From NCBI GenBank assembly GCA_043228905.1, contig JBHGNT010000005.1, forward strand, positions 10,168,001 to 10,232,000: DNA of 64,000 nucleotides, read 5' to 3'. The position numbers and the translations under genes are program-made. Positions within the stretch are counted from its first letter, which is position 1, and every line of letters begins with the position of its first letter. Shown here piece by piece: positions 53,830 to 64,000 of the stretch. The stretch is from Azolla caroliniana (taxonomy: Eukaryota; Plantae; Polypodiophyta). A model generated the notes under the pieces. That model did not search any database and was not told the origin of the DNA. It was given only the letters and a program-made list of their open reading frames with translations.

Positions 53830-56800
53830 AAAGTTAGGGAAGTTAGTTCCGAGAGTATTTTCGCATTCCCGTGTGGCATCTTTTATTGATTTATCCATCC
53901 ATTTTATTTTAAATTCTCAGATTTCTTTAGTACGTAATTTTTTTTGTTTTAACATCGAGAATTCTTTCTGGTACAAGTGGTTTAGAAGATAATTCTTTAA
54001 CTAGAGTTTCAGTTGTAATTGTATTGTCACCAGAACCTTGAAGTTCGTTTAGACGACTCACATGAAAAACTGGATGAATTTCAACACCATCGAGAAGAGC
54101 GAGACGATAGGCTGATGACCCAATGCGTTTGAGGACTGTAAAAGATCCACAAAACCGTGGGGCTAACGTAGTGCACTTACCCTTAGACAATGTCTTAGAA
54201 TTTTGAGGTACATGTAAAAATACTTTTTGTCCAGGGTTGAATACACGAGGTTGCCTATGATGATTGGCATAAAAACGCGCTCTATCTTGAGCTGTTTTTA
54301 TATTATCTCATGCAATATGCAACATATCTTGCATATCCCGAAGAAAGTTTTGCGTACTTCGCAACTCATCATGATGTATATTAACATCAATCGGGGCTCG
54401 TGGCTGAAAACCATACATCAACATAAAAGGACTATATCCCGTTGATGTATTCTTGGAGCTGTTATAAGCAAACTCCAAAATTGGGAGATAACGCTCTCAT
54501 TTTTTTGGCTTTGTACCAACGTATGCTCGAAGCATGTCCTCAATAATTTGATTTACTTGTTTTGTCTGTCCATCGGATTGAGGATGATCCATGGAGCTCA
54601 TGCTCAATGTAGTTTCTAACTTCTTAAAGACTTGCATCCAAAAGTCACTAGTAAACTTTGGATCTCGATCACTCACGATATCCATCGGTAACCCATAAAA
54701 ATGAAATAACTCGTCAACAAATTGGTAAGCCAATTCAGGAGCTGTTATTGTGGTTTTAGTAGCAATAAATCTGGCATTTTAGTTAGTCTATCAACCACAA
54801 CCCAGATGGCATCATGGCCTTTTTGGGTGCGAGGAAGGCTAACAATAAAATCCAAGGATATACTTTCCCACTTATTATTGGGAATGTCCAAGGGATGTAA
54901 AAGTCCTGCAGCTTTAAGTCGCTCGGCTATGTTAACCTGACATTGGTGACATTTAGTCACATAGCTATGTATGTCAGGGCGCATCTTAGGCCAATAGAAT
55001 TGAGTGGAGATGAGAACGAGTGTACGATGTATTCCAAGGTGCCCCGCAGATGGTGCATCATGGCATTCAAAAAGAATTCTCTTTTTGACCTCAGGCAAAT
55101 CTGGAACACAAACCTTCCCATTATGGTAGAGCAGACTGTTAGCAATGTGGAAGGATTCCTTCGAGGATGTGGTGGTGTCTGTTCTAGACTCAACTCTTGC
55201 CCAATATTTCGCAAAATAATTGTCATCAGGATACTTTCCTCGAAGGTGATCATAAAGATCTGATGTTATTTCAGTGAAGCTAAGCATGTTAACTTCACGA
55301 ATACGACTTAGTGCATCAACGACAATGCTCATGAAACCTTTACGATATCGTATGGAAAAATCAAAGTCCTGGATGAGATCAACCCATCGTGCCTTACGAC
55401 CTTTCAGGTCTTGTTGGTCACAAAAATATTTCAAGGACTCGTGGTCCGTAGTTACCACAAAATGATTTCCATAAAGATAATGGCGCCATGTTTTGAGCAC
55501 ATGTATAACTGCAAATAACTCTTTTTCTTGAACGGTATACCGACATTGAGCAAGATCAAGTTTCTTACTCTTGAATGCTATTGGTTTACCATCTTGATAT
55601 AAGACAACACCTATAGCATAATCACTTGCATCGGTTTCAACCTCAAAGAAGAGAAGGAGCCTTGCACATTAGGTCCTTGAGTTCCTTAAAGGCGAGGTCT
55701 AGTGTAGCATTCCACACAATAGGTTTTGTAGACTAACGCGTTTGACCTTTTAGAAGATCAATAAACAACGTCGTCAATTGGGAGTAATTACGAAGGGATT
55801 TTCGCAAAAATGCGACAAAACCAAGGAATGATCGAACTTCTCGAATATTTTGAAGAGTGGGCCAAAGCTTGATTTCCTCGATGCGAGAAGGATCAATTTC
55901 AACTCCTCGTTCGGTTATGAGATGTCCAAGATAAGTAATTGATTTCTTGAAGAACTCACATTTTGAGATCTTCGCATAAAACTGTTTGTCACACAATGTT
56001 TGTAAAACAAAGCGGATATGTTTAGCATGTTCTTGTAATGTACGACTATAAACTAAAATATCATCCAAGAAAATAATAACAAATTTTCCAAGTTGTTCTC
56101 GGAAAATGTCATTCATTTCTTGTTAAAATGTGGCCGGTGCATTGGTCAAACCAAAAGGCAGAACCAAAAACTCATAATGGCCATAGCGCATACGAAATGC
56201 CATTTTAGGAACATCGTCCTCATTTATACGAATTCGATGGTAGCTAGTACGCAGATCAAGTTTGGTAAAATACCGAGCTCCTTGGAGAGGGTCAATTAGA
56301 TTTGAATTCTTGATCGTCACTTTATTCAAGCGTTGGTAATTAATACACATACGCCATGTGCCCTCTTTCTTTTTAACCAAGAGAATTGGTGCACCCCATG
56401 GAGATTTACTATAACGTATATAACCCATTCATAAATAGTCCTTGAGTTGCTTAGATACCTCATCCTCTTCGGATCGACTTAGGCGATAAGGAAGTATACT
56501 TATTGGTGCAACGCTAGGTACAATATCTATATGATGGTCTATATTACGTTTAGGAGGTAACCCATGTGGTAGTTCACTCGGAAAAACATCACGAAAATCA
56601 TTTAAGATTTCATCAAGTTGTTGTTCAAAATATGTTAATTGAACCGAGACATTATCGATATTGTAAACGTGAATGTCCGGATCAAGTACACAATAAAATA
56701 GAGTAGAACAAGACAACTCGGATATTGATGGAGAGGAAACAATTGAGAGGGATTGATTTTTTACACATGGAATAAAATGAGCACAATTATTCAGTACAAA

Positions 56801-57589
56801 AGTTATTGAATGATGAACCCAATCAATAGATAAAGAAGAGTTTTTATTATAGAACCAGGGATAACCCAATATTACATCAGTGGTACAAAGATTCATTACA
56901 TGGAGGAAATATAAGTATCAATAGAAATTCCTAATGAATGACTCACTATCTTTGCACGTAGTAAATCATTGGGACCCAATACATAGTGAGGGAAAGAACA
57001 TTGACAATTACTTAAATGATGTGTATAGACCTGAAGGACATTAGGAATCTGACCTTTATGGTCTTTTGTATGACCCTTCTTTTTGCAGAATACGCAAAAA
57101 GGATGTTGTCGCTTACAATCGCGATCCATGAATTCGTTGGGTGTCTTGCGTTTCCCAGTGAATTGCGACTACTTAGTCCCGAGCGCTTTGTTGGGTTTGT
57201 TGTGGTCCTTCTTCGAAGTGCGTTGATAGTGAAGAACTATTTCAACAACCTCTTCGAAGGATTTTGGATCCTTATCGTGCACTATCCAGTGATAGTCCGA
57301 ATTGGGGATGCCATTGACAAAACAAGTTATTAACCAATTGTCCCCTTCTAGACCCGATTTTTGGATTTGGGTTCTAACATGGTGGACATAGTCTTCTAGC
57401 GAAGAAAATTTCATGTTAGAGAAGTTCATTAAATCTTGAGCTGCATCGGTTTGAGAGGGAGGTTGCAAAAATTGGCCCTTAAAAACTGTGACAAAATATG
57501 TCCAGGTATCGGGCAATTTCCCCAAAGTTCGGAGCCCACGCCACCAGGTGGCGGCCTTAGCCCCTAGTTCTCAGCCGACATATGCAATC
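53830..57589 (-). pseudogene. Gypsy E gag C-terminal part, protease, RT, RNase H, integrase with chromodomain-like tail
   Basis: [61 protein letters not shown]. Confidence 0.9.
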
Positions 57590-57660
57590 GGCCCAACACC
57601 ACAGTCTAGTAAACCTACGCCGCCTCCACGATCCGCGAAACTACGGTTAGCAGAACTGGG

Positions 57661-58151
57661 TGTTGTACGTTTTTAGGGTTAGGGTTAATGGCAATGATGA
57701 TTATCGATGACGAAGATAGACATGGTGTAATAATGAAGATGATGGAGAGTATGATGGTTAGAGAGATCATGAAGATGTTGAGAATCATTGAGAAGCATTG
57801 CGGGGTGGGGGGTGGTGCCTAGAATGGCTCCACCCCCCTCCCAAAGGGGTTCAACGTAAGGGGAGAGAGAGAGAGAGAAATATGTCAAAGAGAGAGAGAG
57901 AGAAATGGTTATTTTTCCATTCATTCATTCCCCATAAGGGGTTAAATAGGTACAAAGGGGTAGATCCACAAGGGTGTAAGCCCCTTGGGCATTCACACCT
58001 AGTCACTCACTCACACCTCTTTGTATCCACCACACTCACACCTACATTCACACTCATAATCGTATAAGATTACACATACATATCAACACATTACATCTTT
58101 CACCCTCACTTATCACACTTATCCATCACACGTATGTCTCGTACGGTAACA
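57661..58151. mobile_element. Solo LTR G
   Basis: TGTTGTACG...CGGTAACA; TSD CTGGG reconstructed after removing element F. Confidence 0.75.
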
Positions 58152-58155
58152 CTGG

Positions 58156-60257
58156 TGTTAAATCTTAGGGCCGGACAATGGCCTAACACAGGGTGTCTAT
58201 GGAAGACACTTCACCAAAGGGGTGTTACGGCAACCAGATTAGACTCAACGATTAATCCGACTTAATTAGGTTACTTAGCATGATCGTCTTTAATAATCAC
58301 CCGCGTAAGATATAACAATGGATGCAGAACGAAAATTAACACAGAGAGATAACAACACTAAGCTTTATTAATTAACCGCTATTCATTACATTGTATCCGG
58401 GCCTTTAAATAGGTTTCCGGTCTGTATTACAAAACGGTGTCATCCGCACCTGTTCGGGATCGGTCCGGATCCGGAACGGCATACCGATTCCGGTCCGTCC
58501 GTCCACACTCATAGCTTACTTACAACCATTCCTACTAATTAAATAACTCCTCGTTTCACACTCTGAACTCCTTTGCCGACCGGTAACACATGGCACTCCC
58601 GTGGGACAATACCTTGTACATCGAATCCACAACCGAACCTTGCTATTCTTCGTCCAAAATATCCAGAATGCTTTGTTCGAGAGTCTCCAATGGTTCATCT
58701 GGAATTGGTTGTTGTTGTTGTTGTTGTTGTTGCTCTGTTGATGTCTGCTGCGACGGGTCCGTTGGTGGTTGCTGCGGCTGCTTCTCCGTTTGTTGCTCTA
58801 ACACCGGCGTCTCCGTCGTTGCTCCCTCCGTCGTAGTGGTCTCCGGTTGACTGGTTCCGGGTTGGCCCTCGGCCGGTGACGATTCCTCATCACTAAGGTT
58901 AACCGTTGCCGCTGCCCGTGCTTTTTCTTCCCGAACCCGAGACCGCTCGTAGCTTTCAAATTAGATTTGAGCGTCCAGCCTATCATCGTCTAGCTGAGCT
59001 ACGAGTTGCCTGACCTGCGCCAGCTGTTCATCCGCCAGGACTTGGAAGTCGTCGGCCAGCTCGTCCCGTATGGCGGTGAAGTCCCAAAAACTGTGTTAAC
59101 TCTTAGGGCCGGACAATGGCCTAACACAGGGTGTCTACGGAAGACACTTCACCAAAGGGGTGTTACGGCAACCGGATTAGACTCAATGATTAATCCGACT
59201 TAATTAGGTTACTTAGCATGATCGTCTTTAATAATCACCCGTGTAAGATATAACAATGGATGCAGAACGACAATTAACATAGAGAGATAACAACACTAAG
59301 CTTTATTAATTAACCGCTATTCATTACATTGTATCCGGGCCTTTAAATAGGTTTCCAGTCTGTATTACAAAACGGTGTCGTAGTGTATTTTGTACACTAC
59401 GTGAAAAACGTATATAATATTAGATTCAATAAAAAATGAAGAAATAGAAGAAAATAGCAAAATAAATGGAACATGCATAGGGCAAGATTCAAACCTTGCA
59501 CCTCCATGTTAATAATGTAATGTCTTACCATTACACTAGCATTTCATTAGTGTTAAAGCATAGATGTCCCACATAGAAAGGTAAATTCACGCTAGGATAA
59601 ACATTAGAAAAACGCATAACAAAAGAAAAAGCTACACATACACATCTAGCGTGCATGATAAAAAACGCACAAGTTAGAAAAAAGCATGATCACTTTAGAT
59701 AAAGCATATAGTCTATCTATAGGAAAAGCATGGGGTCTATAGTTAGAGAAAAAGCATAGATTACTAATACTTCCTCATCACTACATAAGGATGGGGAGCA
59801 CAATCTAATTGTGTGTGAAATACTTGGAAACTGGATATGTTTCTAAAAAACACCAATTAATAAACTATACTCGTGGGATTCACGAGGATTCTATATCATT
59901 CTCTTTCAACCCAAATTTATATTCTTATATTCATATTGATTAATCAAATACAATACACTCGTGGGATTCACGAGTTTGCTATAACTCTTTCTTACAACAT
60001 ATTTATATTCTTATTAGCCTTAAAACTCTCCTCTTCCTAGTCCAAAACCCCAACGGTTTCCACCCGACTCACGCAAACGATCTGACGCCGAAAGGCACGA
60101 CAACGGTGCCATCCGCACCTGTTCGGGATCAGTCCGGATCCGGAACGGCATATCGATTCCGGTCCGTCTGTCCACACTCATAGCTTACTTACAACCATTC
60201 CTACTAATTAAATAACTCCCCGTTTCACACTCTGGACTCCTTTGCCGGCCGGTAACA
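58156..60257 (-). mobile_element. Short deletion-derivative LTR element F, related to Gypsy B
   Basis: LTRs 58156-58588 and 59094-60257 (split by H), TSD ACTGG; 0.5-kb interior encodes only the extra-ORF C-terminus (IRDELADDFQVL...ILDEE*). Confidence 0.88.
59376..60102. mobile_element. Solo LTR H with 4-bp TSD
   Basis: TGTCGTAG...GCACGACA; ACGG duplicated; removal restores the F LTR sequence AAAACGG|TGCCATCCGC. Confidence 0.8.
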
Positions 60258-61088
60258 ACTGGGAAACATTGAATGGGAGGAGGAACCACTGTAACCTTCC
60301 CATCCCGTAACGCAAACAACGCAAGTGGAACAACCAACAAGGGTAGAAGAAGCCAAGAATTAGCAACAAACGAAACAACACCAAGAAAGCCCGAGGCCGA
60401 AATGATGTAGATTGGACCGAAAGGATGGCCGCGGACTGGTCAAAGACACAACCAGCCCGGTCGACACTTCCGCCCCTACGGAGCCCGTAATTACATTAGA
60501 GATAATCCGGGAACCATGGCCGATCATTACGACTTAGTCACAACGTGGAAAAGGAGTGCTCATGGCAGAAAGCGAGGTTTTGAAGTACCCAGATATCCCG
60601 GATACGGCCCACGAGTTCGACACACTATTACAGTTTGGAACGACTTACAAACTCATGGAATTTTTAGTGATGCAACAAATCAAGGTTTCCCAGAGAATGG
60701 CAGAGGAGCACCCGGAATAGCAGATGATTGAGTGTGTGCTCACACGAACAACGGAAAGTGAAGATGAGGGGGCCCTCGCTAAGGTGGGCAGGCAGCGAAA
60801 CGCAGGGATTCGCCACATGGGCATTGAATTACCCCCATTGAATACAACCCTCGTCGAAATGCATAGGGAATTGGCTAAAGTCAATAAGGGCGCGAAGGAC
60901 GTGGGGATCAAAAATAAAAATGTCTGGAAAACAGTCAAGCTGACCCAAGCCCTACTATAGAAGGCTGAAGATCGCATCGCAGAGTTAGCACGTGACACGA
61001 CTACGGTGCAGCAAAACCCCGGACCAACGTCTAGTGATGATGCATCAAATACCTTATGGGAGGAGGTCGAAGCACAGACCGCCATCTA

Positions 61089-61420
61089 GCATGGGATAGA
61101 GCTCAAAATGAGACTCCCATCTGCCCAACCATGTGTAAATTGCTTCTTCGGTTCTTTCCTTTTTTTCTCCCGTAAATGGCTTAACGACAAACGATGGTTC
61201 ACCCTGTCGTTCATCAGGTCTATTAGTCTGACATTGTAAACTAATGACATGTGCCTTGAGAGCACTTTGAGATTGCCGAAGTTCAGTCATTCGTTGAGCG
61301 GTGAAACTAAGGTATTGGCTTATTTGTGAAAAATACATCTCAATGGACATTTGTCCAAGAGGATTTCCTTGAGTTCCTTCCACTTGAGCGGATGACATTG
61401 GGTCGTTATTTTGAGCCATT
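61089..61420 (-). pseudogene. Gypsy E gag N-terminus
   Basis: MAQNNDP...VKPFTGEK...IYTWLGRWESHF; continues at 57589 as IAYVG*ELGAKAATWW. Confidence 0.75.
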
Positions 61421-63253
61421 GAATGGTTATTTTTGGCAAAGAAATAGGATAAGGTCAGAAAAATAGTCATAACATCATGTCGTGATGTAACATATCATGG
61501 GCAAACATTAATCGATATCATGATCTCACGTCAATACCCCTCTAGACGTATGAGATGAGGTTGAAGATTAGGTTACTATGGTAACACAAAGGTGTTTTAA
61601 AAACCATGGGGGTGACAAATTAATGTCTTTCCTTGATCTCTATATCGATTTTTTCATGGCGACTCCCTAAGGCTCAACCATGTATGTTTGCATCATGAAT
61701 AGTTTATACACGAAAAAAATGTTAACAATAAACTATGTTTCGGTGCCCACATATGTGGTTTCGGCTCTTTAAGTCCTATTACGAGGACCCTGAACTGCAC
61801 TTAGACCTCAAGTCTAAACATGTGTTGTAGTCATACGTATCAACGATGTTGTATGGTCTTAATCATATTTGAACTCGAGACCTCGAGAACAAATGCATTA
61901 AACACTTGAGCCAACCAAGTAGGTTGCTCTTCTTGAATAGTTAATATTTAATGCATATAAGAGATATGCGAGGCATTTGTCCATATATATTTTTTTAAAA
62001 GAAACATATATGTCAAGAGTCCTTATTTTCCCCTCATTTACCACAAACTTTGTTGGTACATTACCTAACCTCAAGTCTCGTAATTACAATGGCATACACC
62101 AAAGTGCAACCTAATGGTCAAGCCAAATGAGCCCTCTTTTCGTAGTAGGCCCACGTGGCCCATCACATGGTTACGTCATTACGAATGCCTTTCGTAAGAA
62201 TGATCTCATGGTGGCATCGTATCCATGTAATGAGGGAGGGATGTTGGATATGTGTGTCATAAGAGCGACCTCACATCAAGTGGGTCAAGCCCTACGTTCT
62301 CAACACCATTGTGGCTAAGATTGTTTCATTACGTAATGAAATCGAAGTCACCAATGGGGATGTCAACAATAAAAATTTGTTGAAAAATGGATGGGGACAA
62401 TGCCATTCTCACAAAAATGTGAGGACGGCCACCAAGATCCTTTCCCCAAAAAGGGAAATATTTGATATTGAAATCATGTAATAACTTATATACACATATG
62501 TATATTATCACATATATACGATCAAATACGTATACACGTGACCGCATATGCATACATAAAAGAAATCGTAATATAAAATAGCCAAAAATGATGTAATCCA
62601 GATATGTAATCGAGGCATATACCCTCTACGCACATGAAACATCTAAAAGTAAGGGTTAATCGTAATACGCAATTGAGGTAGTGACCTCATACGCATACGA
62701 CATGAAACACATATCATTTACATACAAATCAAGGTAATGACCTCATACGCAAACGTAACATATGTTTGTGAACGTAATACATATTGAGGTATTAACCTCG
62801 TACGCATACAACAATAATCACATATTAAATATATGTCAAATGAGGTATTGACCTCGTGCACATATGTAAACGTTTTATATAACCAATTAATTACCACTAC
62901 AACATCTTTGAATTAATGATTTTTTTTTACATATGACCATGTCCCATACCACCACCGTGGCGTCGAGTCGTACATGGTGCTGGCGCGCTCGCTCCAAGAG
63001 TTGAACCACCACGAAACAGAGTCTCGACGTAGTCAAAAGATGATGAAATGAGGGTAGCTAGGCCTCTTATTTATAGCGATACCCAAGGCCCCCAGGAAAG
63101 TGCACACTTGACCTAATGGGTTGTCTTAATGCCAAGGATTAAAAGTAATCCTCCCCTTCTTTACACTCTCGTTTAACCCTCACACTTATCCACGTGTATA
63201 GAATACTACGGTAAATTCGCACCACGGGATATTATATGGTCACGCTCGTAACA

Positions 63254-64000
63254 TCTTCTTCTTCTTCTTCTTCTTCTTATCCCCTATCCGGTTAGGGTTT
63301 CATCTAGAGGGTTTACATTCAGCCTACACAGACATGATTGTAATTGGTGTGGTGCTTTCCATAATGTATCTTGTCTTGTTTAGATTTTATTCTCTTGAAT
63401 CTTAATCTCTCAAATCTTAATCTCTCGAATCTTAATCTTTCTCTTCCTTCTTGGTTGAACTCCCAAGCTTCTCTCCCTCCTCTTACTCCCTAGTCCAAGA
63501 CCCCCGTGTTCCCGTCCTATCCAACACGCACGCGCGGATTTCCACGACATTTGGTGAACCCGACGTGAAGGGCGGCAAGGGAGGACGAGGATGGAAGCTT
63601 CATTAGAGGCATACGGGTACAAGAAACCGGAGGAGAGAAGTTGGCATGAGTTCGATCGATGGGTGGCGTCGGTGAAGGCCCGTCGAAGCGTGATGGAAGC
63701 ATTCCAAGAGTTCAAGCGTCGTTTTGCTCAACTCTTGGAGCGGGATCGGAGATCGGTGGGGGCGGACAAAGTCCTCCTATTTTTGAAGACAGTCCATCGG
63801 GAGGAAAGGATGGACATTTTATTCGAGCTCGAAGATGATCATGGAGCACACGGCCTCACCGATGATTGGTCCGAAGTGCAGTGGGTATGTCGGCAACATG
63901 ATGAGAAGCGGTCGGCCACGACATGGACCACGAGCGGCGGAGAAGAGAGGGTGGTGAGTGACTACGCACTATCGCCGGAAGAGAGCTCAACGCATAATGG
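63254..64000 (+). mobile_element. Third tRNA-Trp-PBS element: LTR 3' part and deleted gag, running off the window
   Basis: LTR end CCACGACA at 63549; PBS TGGTGAACCCGACGTGA at 63552; gag GADKVLLFL...HGLTDDWSEV similar to 39900-40170. Confidence 0.8.

Larger units (their letters stand above)
57590..61088 (+). pseudogene. Internal fragment of a Gypsy-B-family extra ORF (57590-57660 + 60263-61088), inserted antisense in gag of E
   Basis: PTPPPRSAKLRLAEL and ESEDEGALAKVGRQRNAG...NKNVWK match 4600-5510. Confidence 0.8.
47965..63253 (-). mobile_element. Chromovirus-like Ty3/Gypsy E, degenerate and multiply interrupted
   Basis: 3' LTR 47965-48086 + 53601-53792 (314 bp) with PPT GAGGGGGAGTA; same-family 314-bp LTR at 62940-63253 (probable 5' LTR, TSD not matched); gag-pol between them. 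Confidence 0.7.

Noticed and set aside
62920-62939. PBS or self-priming site for Gypsy E next to the 62940 LTR
   Set aside because: TGGTCATATG matches no tRNA end I recognise; only weak partial matches to the predicted transcript 5' end; TSDs do not pair.

Overview
Eukaryotic, repeat-rich plant genomic DNA. The mix of element families suggests a non-seed plant such as a fern (inference). One host gene, a minus-strand multi-exon ubiquitin-like-domain CIP73/BAG6-like gene (~30.7-38.0 kb), sits between two nests of transposons. Left nest: a degenerate Copia (188-28065, TSD ATTAT) contains a solo LTR, a short non-autonomous LTR element and a Gypsy (2769-24555, TSD ATGTT). The Gypsy's RT is split by a 12.35-kb Sola2-like DNA transposon (8362-20713, 25-bp TIRs, 4-bp TSD AATC). 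That transposon carries a DDD transposase, a 5-exon RING-H2 gene and an FCP1-like pseudo-phosphatase, with kb-long arrays of the palindrome TAGCTAATTAGCTA filling predicted introns. Right nest (38-64 kb): a LINE fragment, tRNA-Trp-primed LTR elements, Copia and chromovirus-like Gypsy remnants, and several solo LTRs. Three highlights: (1) the cargo-laden Sola2-like element with palindromic satellite introns; (2) two related Gypsy-type elements with a tRNA-3'-end/anti-PBS sequence where the polypurine tract should be; (3) a non-autonomous LTR element with a Tf1-like 11-nt self-priming signature.
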